NCBI GenBank assembly: GCA_044224875.1
Contig: JBGAJQ010000026.1
Location: 1-61,785 of the forward strand
Direction of reading: 5' to 3'
Source of the DNA: Gemmatimonadaceae bacterium
Lineage (GTDB): Bacteria; Gemmatimonadota; Gemmatimonadetes; Gemmatimonadales; Gemmatimonadaceae
DNA: 61,785 nt
A program made the translations under genes and the position numbers. Positions 29,923 to 39,486 of this stretch are shown here, piece by piece (the stretch's first letter is position 1; each line of letters opens with the position of its first letter). The notes beneath the pieces are model-generated. The model saw only the letters and a list, made by a program, of their open reading frames with translations. It searched no databases and was not told where the DNA came from.

Positions 29923-30906
29923 TCAGAGTTCGCGGTTCAACACCCGGCGTAGCGTGGCTTCGTCTGCGTTGCCACCGCTCAGGATGATACCCACCGACTG
30001 CCCCGCGAGTGTAGGCGCGAGGTTTCGCAGCGCTGCCAAGCCCGCCGCCCCCGCCGGCTCAACCAAGGAGTGAGTAGTGCTCATGAGGATGCGCATTGCA
30101 TCGGCGATCTCGGCGTCCGTCACCGTGACAAAGCCCGCCAGCCCCTCGAGTAACGCCGGAAACGTCAGGTCGTACGCGCTTCGCGTCGCCAACCCGTCGG
30201 CGAAGGTGTCGCACTGCTCGTAGGTAATCCTCCGTCGTGCGTGAAACGAATCGTGGGCGGCGGCCGCGCCCGCAGCTTGCACGCCGTACACACGCGCCTG
30301 CGGTCGGAGCGCGCGAAGCACGGTCATGGCGCCCACGGCTTGCGATCCACCGCCGACGCTGATTACTATCGCGTCGAGGTCCTTCACCTGGTCGACGAGC
30401 TCCAACGTGATGGTCGCCGCACCGGCGATGACATTCCGGTCGTTGGTGGAGTGAGCCAGCGTCGCGCCTTCTGCCTGGATGATGTCCATGGCGACGCGGA
30501 CCGCCTCATCGTAGTCGCGTCCCTGCTCAACGACACGAGCGCCTAACGCGCGCATGCCTGCATTCTTGTCAGGGTTGTTGCCGACGGGCACACAGATGGT
30601 GGCTCGTGCACCAAAGGTCCGCGCGGCGTAGGCCAGCCCCAGTCCGTGATTTCCACGCGACGCCGCCACCACGCCCAGCGCTCGCTGCTCGTCCGGAAGG
30701 GCCGTCATGAACGACATGCCGTTGCGGATCTTGAAGGAGTTGGTCGGCTGGAAGTTCTCGTGCTTCACCTGAACGCGGACGCCGTGGCCCACCAATTCGT
30801 CCAACAGTGGGTACGTGTAGGCGGGCGTTGGCGCGAGGTAGGGCCGAATCCGGCGCTCGGCCGCGCGCACGTCGTCCAGGGAGATAGGCCAGGGAGTGGA
30901 TGACAC
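29923..30906 (-). CDS. PLP-dependent threonine/serine dehydratase family enzyme
   Basis: 'KHENFQPTNSFKIRNG', 'ASRGNHG' and 'LSGGN'. GTG start inferred at 30906. Confidence 0.88.
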   Translation of the reverse strand: MSSTPWPISLDDVRAAERRIRPYLAPTPAYTYPLLDELVGHGVRVQVKHENFQPTNSFKIRNGMSFMTALPDEQRALGVVAASRGNHGLGLAYAARTFGARATICVPVGNNPDKNAGMRALGARVVEQGRDYDEAVRVAMDIIQAEGATLAHSTNDRNVIAGAATITLELVDQVKDLDAIVISVGGGSQAVGAMTVLRALRPQARVYGVQAAGAAAAHDSFHARRRITYEQCDTFADGLATRSAYDLTFPALLEGLAGFVTVTDAEIADAMRILMSTTHSLVEPAGAAGLAALRNLAPTLAGQSVGIILSGGNADEATLRRVLNREL

Positions 30907-31079
30907 GTTGCAGACAGGTTGAGGGGCGTGCTCACGTCGTCGTCGACACAAGTTAGTGACGAGACGACTCGCAGGAATGGCCCCACTTCCGGAAACTCAC
31001 CGGGCCTGCTTGCGGGGCGCTGGACCGCACCGGAACTTCGCGGTGGCACTTCACTTCCTTCCCTGAGGCCCTTCCCGTC

Positions 31080-33575
31080 ATGCGGCAATCGACGTCCACC
31101 AGCCGGCGCGTCTCTCGCGGACTCGCCGAGTTGTTAGGCACCTTCGCGCTCGTTACGGCCGTGCCGGTGCTCGCGCAGCAGCCCACCGCGCCCGCCACAC
31201 CACCCGCGCCGACCACCATTGCCGCTCGTATGCAGGGAATGGACAAGCGCGACGGGTTCATCCCGGTGTATCTCGATGAGAAGTTGGGTAAGGTCTTCCT
31301 CGAGATTCCGCGCGATTCGACACGATTGCTCTTTTTTGTCCAGGAAGCCACCGGTCTTGGCTCCAACCCCATTGGGCTCGATCGCGGCGGCGGTGGGAGC
31401 GAGAACGTCGCGCGCCTTGAACGGCGAGGCGACCGGATGCTGGTGGTGTTCGAGAACTGGCAATACCGCACGTCCTCCGCGGATCCGCTGCAGCAAACGA
31501 CGATTGCCGAGTCGTTTCCTCCGAGTACGATGGGAGCCCTGCCCGTGGTAATGGAGGAGGGCGGACGGGTGCTGGTCGATGCGACGGACTTCCTGATGCG
31601 GGATTGGCTCGACGTGGGTACGCGTCTGCAGGACACGCAGCAGGGCGCGTACGCGCTGGCGCGGGACCGCTCGACGGTGTATCGGCCGTATACGCGAGGT
31701 TTTCCCGACAACACCGAGATCGATCTCTCACAAACCTTCACCGCGAATGGTCGGCCGGGCAACACGGTGAACGCCGTGACAGCCGACGGGCGGGCGTTCA
31801 CGCTCCGGGTTCACATCAGCCTCGTTAGGTTGCCGGACAACCGGTATCGGCCCCGGGCGGTGGATCCACGCATAGGCTTCTTTGGCGGCACGTTCAAGGA
31901 CTTCGCCCAGCCGGTGCAGGGGCGATTGGAGCAGCGATGGATCTCGCGCTTTCGACTGGAGCGCGAGAACCCGCGCGACCCCAGTTCGCCCATCAAGAAT
32001 CCGATCGTGTACTACGTGGACCCGGGAATTCCGGAGCCCCTGAAGTCGGCGACTATCGAGGGAGCGACGTTCTGGACTCAGGCCTTTGACCGCGCCGGCT
32101 TGCGCGGTGGATTCCAGGTAAAGCTGCTTCCGGCGGACGCCGACCCCATGGACGTGCGGTATAACCTGGTGCTGTGGATCAACCGAAACGAGCGCGGCTG
32201 GTCCTTTGGCGGATCGTTAGGCGATCCGCGCACGGGGGAGAACCTCAAGGGCGTCGCACACATGGATTCGCACCGGAACCGCACGGCGTACAACATCTAC
32301 GCCGCCCTCCTCGGCGCCGATCCGTCGCCCGCGGACACGCACTTCGTGCTCGGCCGCGTACGGCAGGTGACGGCGCACGAGATCGGACATACCCTGGGCA
32401 TGGCCCACAACTACATCGCGTCGACGTACGAACGCGGATCGGTGATGGACTACCCGGCGCCGCGCATTCGCCTGGACGCCAGGGGCGAGGTCGACGTGTC
32501 GCAAGCCTACGCGCTAGGCCCGGGCGCCTACGACGTGTGGGCCATTCACTGGGCGTACGGCATCTTCCCACCGGAAAGCGAGCAGGATTCACTACGTGCG
32601 ATTGCCGCGGATGGCCTGCGCCAGGGCTTCCTGTTCCTCACCGACCAGGATGGGCGACCCGAGGGAGGTTCCGACCCGCGGGTCAGCATCTGGGACGATG
32701 CGGCCACGGGGACCGAGTTCCTCAAGCACCAGATGGACGTACGGCGCGTCGCCATGCAGCGCTTTGGCCTGCGCAATATCCGTCCGGGGGAACCCATCGC
32801 CTTGCTGCACGACCGCTTCGTGCCGTTATACCTGTTCCATCGATGGGCGCTGACGGCGGCATCCAAGAGCATCGGCGGAATGGAGTACAGCAACGCCTTG
32901 CGGGGCGATGGCCAACCAGCCACTCGGCCCGTTGAGGCGTCGCGCCAACGGGAAGCGTTAGGTGCTTTGATTGGCGCCATGAGCCCGGCGGAACTCGCCA
33001 TCCCCGATACCGTGTTGGCGCTGCTGCCGCCAGCTCCACCCGGCTATTCTGGGGGTGTCGAGCTGTTCCAGAGCCGGACGCGTCCGGTGTTCGACGAACT
33101 GGGGGCGGCCCGAACGCTGGCACAAATGATCGTCGACCTCGTGTTGAACCGGGATCGCGCCGGCCGGCTCGTCGCACAAGGCGCGCGCGGCTCCACGCCG
33201 CTGACACTGTCCGAGACCATCGACCAGCTGGCGAGTGCGACGCTCAACAGGGCCGAACCGACGGACCGGAAGACCGCGGCCCTGCTGCGGGTTACGCAGC
33301 GAGCCCTGGTCGACCGGATGATCCTGCTGTCGGCGGACAAGGAAGCCGCCCCGGACGTGCGAGCGATCGTCGACTACAAGCTCCGCGCCTGGCGAACGCT
33401 TGCTCGGCAGCGCGCGGCCCTGGGAAGCGTGGAGCATCGGGCGCACTGGACGTCTATGGGGGCCGACATCGATTACTGGTTCACCGAGCACCAGGTGCCG
33501 GCGTCCACACAGGCCCTCCGTCCACCACCGGGTGATCCGTTTGGCGATGACGAGGGCGAGTGGAAGGGGCGATGA
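31080..33575 (+). CDS. Secreted zinc-dependent metalloprotease (DUF5117/DUF4953, EcxA-like metzincin)
   Basis: Signal peptide, 'PIVYYVD', HExxHxxGxxH as 'HEIGHTLGMAHN', and Met-turn 'SVMDY'. Confidence 0.9.
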   Translation: MRQSTSTSRRVSRGLAELLGTFALVTAVPVLAQQPTAPATPPAPTTIAARMQGMDKRDGFIPVYLDEKLGKVFLEIPRDSTRLLFFVQEATGLGSNPIGLDRGGGGSENVARLERRGDRMLVVFENWQYRTSSADPLQQTTIAESFPPSTMGALPVVMEEGGRVLVDATDFLMRDWLDVGTRLQDTQQGAYALARDRSTVYRPYTRGFPDNTEIDLSQTFTANGRPGNTVNAVTADGRAFTLRVHISLVRLPDNRYRPRAVDPRIGFFGGTFKDFAQPVQGRLEQRWISRFRLERENPRDPSSPIKNPIVYYVDPGIPEPLKSATIEGATFWTQAFDRAGLRGGFQVKLLPADADPMDVRYNLVLWINRNERGWSFGGSLGDPRTGENLKGVAHMDSHRNRTAYNIYAALLGADPSPADTHFVLGRVRQVTAHEIGHTLGMAHNYIASTYERGSVMDYPAPRIRLDARGEVDVSQAYALGPGAYDVWAIHWAYGIFPPESEQDSLRAIAADGLRQGFLFLTDQDGRPEGGSDPRVSIWDDAATGTEFLKHQMDVRRVAMQRFGLRNIRPGEPIALLHDRFVPLYLFHRWALTAASKSIGGMEYSNALRGDGQPATRPVEASRQREALGALIGAMSPAELAIPDTVLALLPPAPPGYSGGVELFQSRTRPVFDELGAARTLAQMIVDLVLNRDRAGRLVAQGARGSTPLTLSETIDQLASATLNRAEPTDRKTAALLRVTQRALVDRMILLSADKEAAPDVRAIVDYKLRAWRTLARQRAALGSVEHRAHWTSMGADIDYWFTEHQVPASTQALRPPPGDPFGDDEGEWKGR

Positions 33576-33600
33576 AACACCGTTAACCGAGTGGCGTAAG

Positions 33601-33633
33601 ATGGGCAGGCTCGCGCGGTGCGGGCCTGCCCAT
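33601..33633. terminator. Intergenic hairpin
   Basis: ATGGGCAGGCTCGC pairs with GCGGGCCTGCCCAT (14 bp with one G-U), just after the metalloprotease stop. Confidence 0.55.
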
Positions 33634-33646
33634 TCGAAAATCTCCT

Positions 33647-34426
33647 ATGCGATCCCGCACTCTCATCCCCCTGATCGCCGCGGCGTTCATCGTTATTCCC
33701 GCCGCACTCTCTGCGCAACGACGCGTTCCTCCCGGTGACCGTGGTGTGGACGTGGTGCCCGCTGGCAGCCTCCCCGACGAGAACGATCCGTTTAGCCGCA
33801 ATCGCCGCTTCGAAGCCGGCGCGTCCTTCTTCTACGCCCAACCGAGCGGCGCCTTTCACGACTATGTCCGCCAAGGCGTGGGACTCGATGGATTCTTCCG
33901 GGTCAACCTGGACTCGCGTGGACTCCTGAGCCTGCGGTTGGACGGTGGATGGCTCGCCTATGGACGAGAGACGCAGCGGGTGCCGCTGTCCGGAACCATC
34001 GGCGGACGGATTCTGGTGGACCTGACGACGTCCAACAACATCGTGTACGCGTCCTTTGGTCCACAGATCACGGCCCGTGGTGGACCCATTCGGCCATACA
34101 TCAACGGTGGCGTCGGCTTCGCCTACTTCTTCACGGAGTCCTCCGTAGAAGGGAGCAACAACAACAACGAACCCTTCGCCAGCACCACCAACTACGACGA
34201 CTGGACGCTCCAATGGAAGGGCGGAGGCGGCGTCCTGATCCCCCTCGGCGTGCGCCAGGACGTGAACCTGGACATCGGCGCGCAATACCACAACAACGGC
34301 CAGGTGAAGTACCTGCGCAAGGGAAGCATCGTGGACCTGCCCAACGGCGGAATCCAGATCAACCCGATCGAGAGTCAAGCCAACCTGATCACGTACCGAG
34401 TGGGTATCTCGGTGCCAATTCGTTAG
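33647..34426 (+). CDS. Outer-membrane beta-barrel protein
   Basis: Signal peptide, alternating amphipathic strands, 'IRPYINGGVGFAYF' and terminal 'YRVGISVP'. Confidence 0.7.
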   Translation: MRSRTLIPLIAAAFIVIPAALSAQRRVPPGDRGVDVVPAGSLPDENDPFSRNRRFEAGASFFYAQPSGAFHDYVRQGVGLDGFFRVNLDSRGLLSLRLDGGWLAYGRETQRVPLSGTIGGRILVDLTTSNNIVYASFGPQITARGGPIRPYINGGVGFAYFFTESSVEGSNNNNEPFASTTNYDDWTLQWKGGGGVLIPLGVRQDVNLDIGAQYHNNGQVKYLRKGSIVDLPNGGIQINPIESQANLITYRVGISVPIR

Positions 34427-34962
34427 GCTCGGCGCACCCAGGCTGGTTTGAGTCGCAAGATCTTCCGATAGACGGGGCAATCCGCATCATGGGCGCCGGG
34501 CAGGTAGCCGGTGCTCATGAGAAATGAGTGGACGATCTCTCCGCCGGTAAACACGAAGGTCTTCTTGAACACGGGGCGCCATTCGTCCAGCGTCGACGCC
34601 TCCTGCGCGTCCAGCCACGCGCCAAACGATCCGTGCGTCTTCTGCAGGGCCTGCACACGTCGCGCGTTCTCGATCGCCGCTTGCACCTTCAATCGATTGC
34701 GTATGATGCGCGCGTCGCCGAGCAAACGCTGGGTATCGCGCGCCCCGTAACGCGCCACGCGCGCAAGGTCAAAGCCGTGGTATGCGTCGCGAAAGCCTTC
34801 GCGCTTCCTGAGGATCGTGAGCCAGCTGAGCCCTGCCTGATTGATCTCCAGCATCAACCGTTCGAACAGCTGGTTGTCGTCCCGGATCGGGAAACCGTAC
34901 TCGCGGTCATGGTAGGGTCCATGGAACTCATGGCCGCGCGAGACTTCGCAATACGACGTCAT
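34423..34962 (-). CDS. tag: DNA-3-methyladenine glycosylase I
   Basis: 'YHDREYG', 'LFERLMLEINQAGLSWLTIL', 'IIRNRLK' and 'GAHDADC'. Confidence 0.93.
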   Translation of the reverse strand: MTSYCEVSRGHEFHGPYHDREYGFPIRDDNQLFERLMLEINQAGLSWLTILRKREGFRDAYHGFDLARVARYGARDTQRLLGDARIIRNRLKVQAAIENARRVQALQKTHGSFGAWLDAQEASTLDEWRPVFKKTFVFTGGEIVHSFLMSTGYLPGAHDADCPVYRKILRLKPAWVRRA

Positions 34963-34988
34963 CGGAACACCGGCGAGAATGGGGCTCG

Positions 34989-35777
34989 TTGTGGAACGCT
35001 GAAATCAAGCGACCGATACTCCCAGCGACTAGCGTGCCGTACGACGACGGCGGCGCGTCCTTGGGCAAGCAAACGTACCCTCACACCGTGGCTCCCTCTA
35101 CGAACGCCCCAAAGCAACTCAGCTCGCTTGTCGCCGCGTCGATCCATGTCGATGCGGTGGTCGAATGGCGGGCGCGAGTGGCTGGAGTCTGTATCGGACT
35201 GGTCTTCTGCGGAATCGGGATGCCGCTGGCGGAGCTGGTCGGAATCCGCGGGCCCGCGGTCCTTCTCGTTATGCTCGCGACTGGGATCCTGGCCGGCGTC
35301 GCCACGTGGAAGTTCTCTGCATTCGTCTTCGAGACCGCCGGTGCGGTGATTCTGGCATTCATCCAGCCCAGCGGGAAGAGTGTCCCGTATCAGAAGGCAT
35401 ACTCCTACGAGCAGTCACTCATCGCGCGCGGTCAGCTTGACGAAGCGTTTGGCGCGTACGAGGCCGCGCTGATTGCGAATCCCAACGACCCACACCTGCG
35501 CGGCGAGATGGCCGAGCAATGCGCAGCCCACGCTCAGACGCGTCGGGCGGCCGAGCTCTTTGCCGAACTGCGCGACATGCCCGGAGCAAGCGCCCGACAG
35601 CGCATGTACGCGACCCAGCGCTTGATTGATCTGCTGGTTGGCCCGTTAGGCGATCAGGGACGCGCAATGAAGGAAATGCGACGTCTGATCGACGCCTTCC
35701 CGGGTACACCCGAGGCCGCAGGAGCGCGTCAGGCGCTGGCTCGGCTCAAGCAGGAGCAGCACGACGGGAAGCCGTAG
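34989..35777 (+). CDS. Membrane protein with C-terminal TPR-like region (start uncertain, probably later)
   Basis: Two to three TM helices followed by helical repeats (GQLDEAFGAYEAAL; RRLIDAFPGTPEA). Confidence 0.55.
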   Translation: MWNAEIKRPILPATSVPYDDGGASLGKQTYPHTVAPSTNAPKQLSSLVAASIHVDAVVEWRARVAGVCIGLVFCGIGMPLAELVGIRGPAVLLVMLATGILAGVATWKFSAFVFETAGAVILAFIQPSGKSVPYQKAYSYEQSLIARGQLDEAFGAYEAALIANPNDPHLRGEMAEQCAAHAQTRRAAELFAELRDMPGASARQRMYATQRLIDLLVGPLGDQGRAMKEMRRLIDAFPGTPEAAGARQALARLKQEQHDGKP

Positions 35778-35799
35778 TCGACGCGACGGCGTTGCGCCG

Positions 35800-36231
35800 C
35801 TACTCCCAGTCCCCGCGGCGACGCTCGGACTTTCGCTTGGCGCGCAACTTCTTGTCCGCCAGTCGCTCCTCGCGCGCCGCACGCGACGGTTTGGTTCGTC
35901 GCCTGACCTTCTTGGGAATGAGCGCCTGGCGGACGAGCTCTCCCAGTCGCGATTTGGCGCGTTCGCGATTCTGCAGTTGACTCCGCGTCTCGCTGGAGAC
36001 GACGCGCACGGCGCCCGTTGCATCGAGCCGCGCGGACAGGCGTTCGAGCACGAGCGCGCGCTCCGGTTCGCTCAGTGCCACGGAGCGGGCGGGGTCCCAG
36101 AGGAGTTCGACGCGCGTCGACGACGTATTCACATGTTGCCCGCCGGCTCCGCCAGACCGCGTCGCACGATAGACGAGCTCCCCCGCAGGAATCGTGTGGG
36201 TGTCATCGATGATTAGGTCGTCTGGGTCCAT
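35800..36231 (-). CDS. arfB: Alternative ribosome rescue factor B (peptidyl-tRNA hydrolase)
   Basis: GGQ motif in 'RSGGAGGQHVN', 'RSQLQNRE' and a basic C-tail 'RRRTKPS...RL..KK'. Confidence 0.93.
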   Translation of the reverse strand: MDPDDLIIDDTHTIPAGELVYRATRSGGAGGQHVNTSSTRVELLWDPARSVALSEPERALVLERLSARLDATGAVRVVSSETRSQLQNRERAKSRLGELVRQALIPKKVRRRTKPSRAAREERLADKKLRAKRKSERRRGDWE

Positions 36232-36430
36232 TCGCCGGCGATGGTTGGGGATGGCGGGGGAAGGATAACCGTCGCCCGGTGCGGGTGGGTCCGACGAGCG
36301 GAATGTGACGGCTTGCCAGGAGATTCCGGAAACCCGCCGGGGATCAAGTCGTCCTAGGCGTAGCAGAATGCCTCAGTTGGCGCTGCAAGCTCCCCATTGC
36401 AAACTGCAAGCCTGGTACCGGACTGCCGAA

Positions 36431-38113
36431 GTGAATTCCACGGCTGCACTTAGGCTACCGCTCTTCCTCGACATCCGGCGCTTGTTGCGCTGGGTATTTG
36501 TCGGGCGATTGGCGATGTCTGCCGCGATTTACCTAGCCGCCATCCTCGTCTGGAAGGACGCGGATCGATCATCGACCCTACTCGCGTCGCTCGCGATCAC
36601 GGTGGCGATGGTCTTTACGGCGGCGTCTGCGGCGTATTCCGAATTCTACCAGAAGCCCCTGACGCCGGGCTTCCTGGCCGTGCAGGCGCTCTTCGACTTG
36701 GCGCTCGCCACCACCATCGTCCACCTGACGGGCGCTGGTTCTTCGCAGTTCGCCGCCCTGTACATCCTGGTGATCGCTCTCGCGTCGCTCTTCCTGAGCG
36801 CGACGGGAGGGATCCTGATCGCCGTGCTTGGCTGCTTCCTGTACTTCGCGGACACGATCCTCCGGAACGATGCACCGACCGGAGACAGCGCCGAGCTCTG
36901 GTTGCAGCTGGCAGTGTTCGCCGTTGTGGCGGTGAGTAGCGCCTACATCGCCTCGCGTCTTCGCGAGTCGCGCCACATGCGCGAGGAGTTGGCCGCCGAG
37001 TTGGTGAAGGTGCGCCTGCAAGCGACCGACATCCTGCGAAACATTCGCGCGGGCATCATCACGGTAGACGCGGGGGGCCAGCTCCTGTACGCCAATCCCA
37101 CCGCGAGCGCCTTGTTGGGCATCGCACTCGAAGACCACGTGGGACGCCCGGCGTTTACGGCCATCGAGCCGGTGTCGCCAGCCCTCGCGCGCGCCCTCGA
37201 GCGCGCGTCGCGCGAAGGCGTGCGCACCACGCGCGCCGAAGGGACGGTGCTCACCAACGGACGCCGTTTTCCCATTGGGCTCAACACCACATTCACGAGC
37301 AACGGGAATGGCCACGCCGGTGACGGCGGATCGGCGACCGCCATCTTCCAGGACATCTCGGACCAGAAGCGGCTCGACACGCTGCACATGCGCGCCGAAC
37401 GGCTGGAGGCCGTGGCGGAATTGAGCGCTTCCTTGGCGCACGAGATCAAGAATCCGCTGGCGTCGATTCGGAGCGCCGTCGAGCAGCTGGGGCGCTCGCC
37501 GCGTGCAACGTCCGACGAACAGACGCTGGCGTCGCTCATTGTGCGCGAGTCCGATCGGCTGGCGCGCTTGCTCACCGAGTTCCTCGACTTTGCGCGCGTA
37601 CGCGTGGCCAAGGTCGTGCAGGTGGACATTCGCGCCGTGGCCCGTGGGGCCGCACGCTTGGCGGAGTCGCATCCCGATGTCCCCGAAGGACTCACGGTGG
37701 AGTGCGTGGTTCCCGAGTCGCTGCTGGTGGTTGAAGGTGACGAGGACCTCCTGCATCGTGCCTTGTTCAACCTGACACTCAACGCAGTGCAGGCGTCGCC
37801 ACCCGGCTCCCGGGTGCGCGTCGAGGTCTCGGCCATCCGATCCGATGAGACACCGGCCGGTGTCGCTTTCGAGAGTGGCGGTGCGATGGTGAAGGTGACG
37901 GATCAGGGATCCGGCATCCCGTCAGAAATTCGCGACCGATTGTTCGATCCCTTCTTTACGACCAAGCCCGGCGGCAGCGGGCTGGGGCTCTCGGTGGTGC
38001 ATCGCGCCATCGAGGCACACCGCGGGTTCGTCTTTGTCGACAGCGACGAGACGGGAACTCGCGTGACCGTTCTGCTGCCGCAGCGCCATACTGATTCCGG
38101 AGGTACCACGTGA
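36431..38113 (+). CDS. pilS: PilS-like membrane sensor histidine kinase (start uncertain)
   Basis: About six N-terminal TMs, PAS, H-box 'LAHEIKNPL' and HATPase 'FDPFFTTK..GSGLGL'. Coupled to an NtrC-type regulator upstream of the pilin gene. Confidence 0.75.
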   Translation: MNSTAALRLPLFLDIRRLLRWVFVGRLAMSAAIYLAAILVWKDADRSSTLLASLAITVAMVFTAASAAYSEFYQKPLTPGFLAVQALFDLALATTIVHLTGAGSSQFAALYILVIALASLFLSATGGILIAVLGCFLYFADTILRNDAPTGDSAELWLQLAVFAVVAVSSAYIASRLRESRHMREELAAELVKVRLQATDILRNIRAGIITVDAGGQLLYANPTASALLGIALEDHVGRPAFTAIEPVSPALARALERASREGVRTTRAEGTVLTNGRRFPIGLNTTFTSNGNGHAGDGGSATAIFQDISDQKRLDTLHMRAERLEAVAELSASLAHEIKNPLASIRSAVEQLGRSPRATSDEQTLASLIVRESDRLARLLTEFLDFARVRVAKVVQVDIRAVARGAARLAESHPDVPEGLTVECVVPESLLVVEGDEDLLHRALFNLTLNAVQASPPGSRVRVEVSAIRSDETPAGVAFESGGAMVKVTDQGSGIPSEIRDRLFDPFFTTKPGGSGLGLSVVHRAIEAHRGFVFVDSDETGTRVTVLLPQRHTDSGGTT

Positions 38114-39486
38114 CCGAACGTGCTTCGCAAGGACCCAGCGTGCTCGTCATCGACGACGAAGCTGGGATTCTCGATTCGTTGCGCATCCTGCTCAAGAATG
38201 AGGGATTCTCGCCGACCGTGGCGTTAGGCGGCCGCGAGGGTCTGGAGCAGATCGCCAACACGTCCCCCGACATCGTGCTGACGGACGTGCGGATGCCCAA
38301 CGTGTCCGGGCTGGAGATCCTCAGCGCGGCCCGCCAGCGTGACGGGAATGCCCCGGTGATCCTCATGACGGCGCAAGCCACGCTGCAATCGGCCATGCAG
38401 GCCGTGAACGACGGTGCCTTCTACTATATCCAGAAGCCGTTCCGCAACGACGAGCTGGTCGCCATCCTGCGCCGTGCCGCCGAGCATCGACGCCTGCGTG
38501 TGGAGAACCAGTCGCTGAAGCAGGAGATCAAGCGACGAGAGAAGAGCGTCACCGGCCGGCCAATCGGAAAGAGCAAGGCATGGATGGAGGTGCTGCAGCT
38601 GGCGGAGACCGTGGCGCCGACGGAGTCAACGGTGCTGATCCAGGGTGAGTCGGGAACGGGTAAGGAGGTCATTTCCCGGTACATTCACGACCTGTCGAAT
38701 CGCTCCGACGGTCCGTTCCTGTCGATCAACTGCGGTGCACTCCCGGAAAGCCTGCTGGAAAGTGAACTCTTCGGTCACACCAAGGGTGCCTTCACGGGCG
38801 CCGTAAAAGACAAGACCGGCCTCTTTGCCGCCGCTGCCAAGGGCACGTTCTTCCTCGACGAAATCGGCGAGACGACGCCCGCCACGCAGGTCAAGCTGTT
38901 GCGGGTACTCCAGAACCGTCAGATCATCCCTGTCGGTTCCACCGAGGCGATCCCCACGGACACTCGACTCATCGCCGCGACCAACCGCGACCTCGACGAG
39001 GAGATTCGACGTGGCCACTTCCGGCGCGACCTCTTCTATCGCTTGAACGTGATCGCGTTGCACCTGCCGCCACTTCGCGAGCGCCGCGAGGACATCCCGC
39101 TCCTTGTGGATGTCTTCCTGCAGAAGCTCTGCGAGACGCGTGGCGAGAACAAGTTGCTGACCCCTATGGCGGTCGAGGCGATCCAGGAACACAACTGGCC
39201 CGGGAACGTGCGAGAACTGGAGAATGCGCTCGAACGCGCGTGGATCCTGACGGCGGGCGATACCATCGACGTCACCGCCCTCCCAGAGCGAGTCACCTCT
39301 CGCACGCCCGAGCGCCTCGTCGAGGATCGGCCCACGCCAAACCCGACGCTGGATGTGATCGAGCGAGCCTACATCATGTGGATCCTGCAGGCCGAGGGTG
39401 GCAACAAAACGCGCGCCGCGGAGTCCCTGGGGATCGACCCGTCCACCTTGCACCGGAAGCTCTCGCGGTTCGGTGCCGAAACGTGA
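38110..39486 (+). CDS. pilR: Sigma-54-dependent response regulator (PilR/NtrC family)
   Basis: Receiver domain, 'GESGTGKE', GAFTGA, 'FFLDEIGE', '[10 protein letters not shown]' and a Fis-type HTH. Confidence 0.8.
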   Translation: MTERASQGPSVLVIDDEAGILDSLRILLKNEGFSPTVALGGREGLEQIANTSPDIVLTDVRMPNVSGLEILSAARQRDGNAPVILMTAQATLQSAMQAVNDGAFYYIQKPFRNDELVAILRRAAEHRRLRVENQSLKQEIKRREKSVTGRPIGKSKAWMEVLQLAETVAPTESTVLIQGESGTGKEVISRYIHDLSNRSDGPFLSINCGALPESLLESELFGHTKGAFTGAVKDKTGLFAAAAKGTFFLDEIGETTPATQVKLLRVLQNRQIIPVGSTEAIPTDTRLIAATNRDLDEEIRRGHFRRDLFYRLNVIALHLPPLRERREDIPLLVDVFLQKLCETRGENKLLTPMAVEAIQEHNWPGNVRELENALERAWILTAGDTIDVTALPERVTSRTPERLVEDRPTPNPTLDVIERAYIMWILQAEGGNKTRAAESLGIDPSTLHRKLSRFGAET

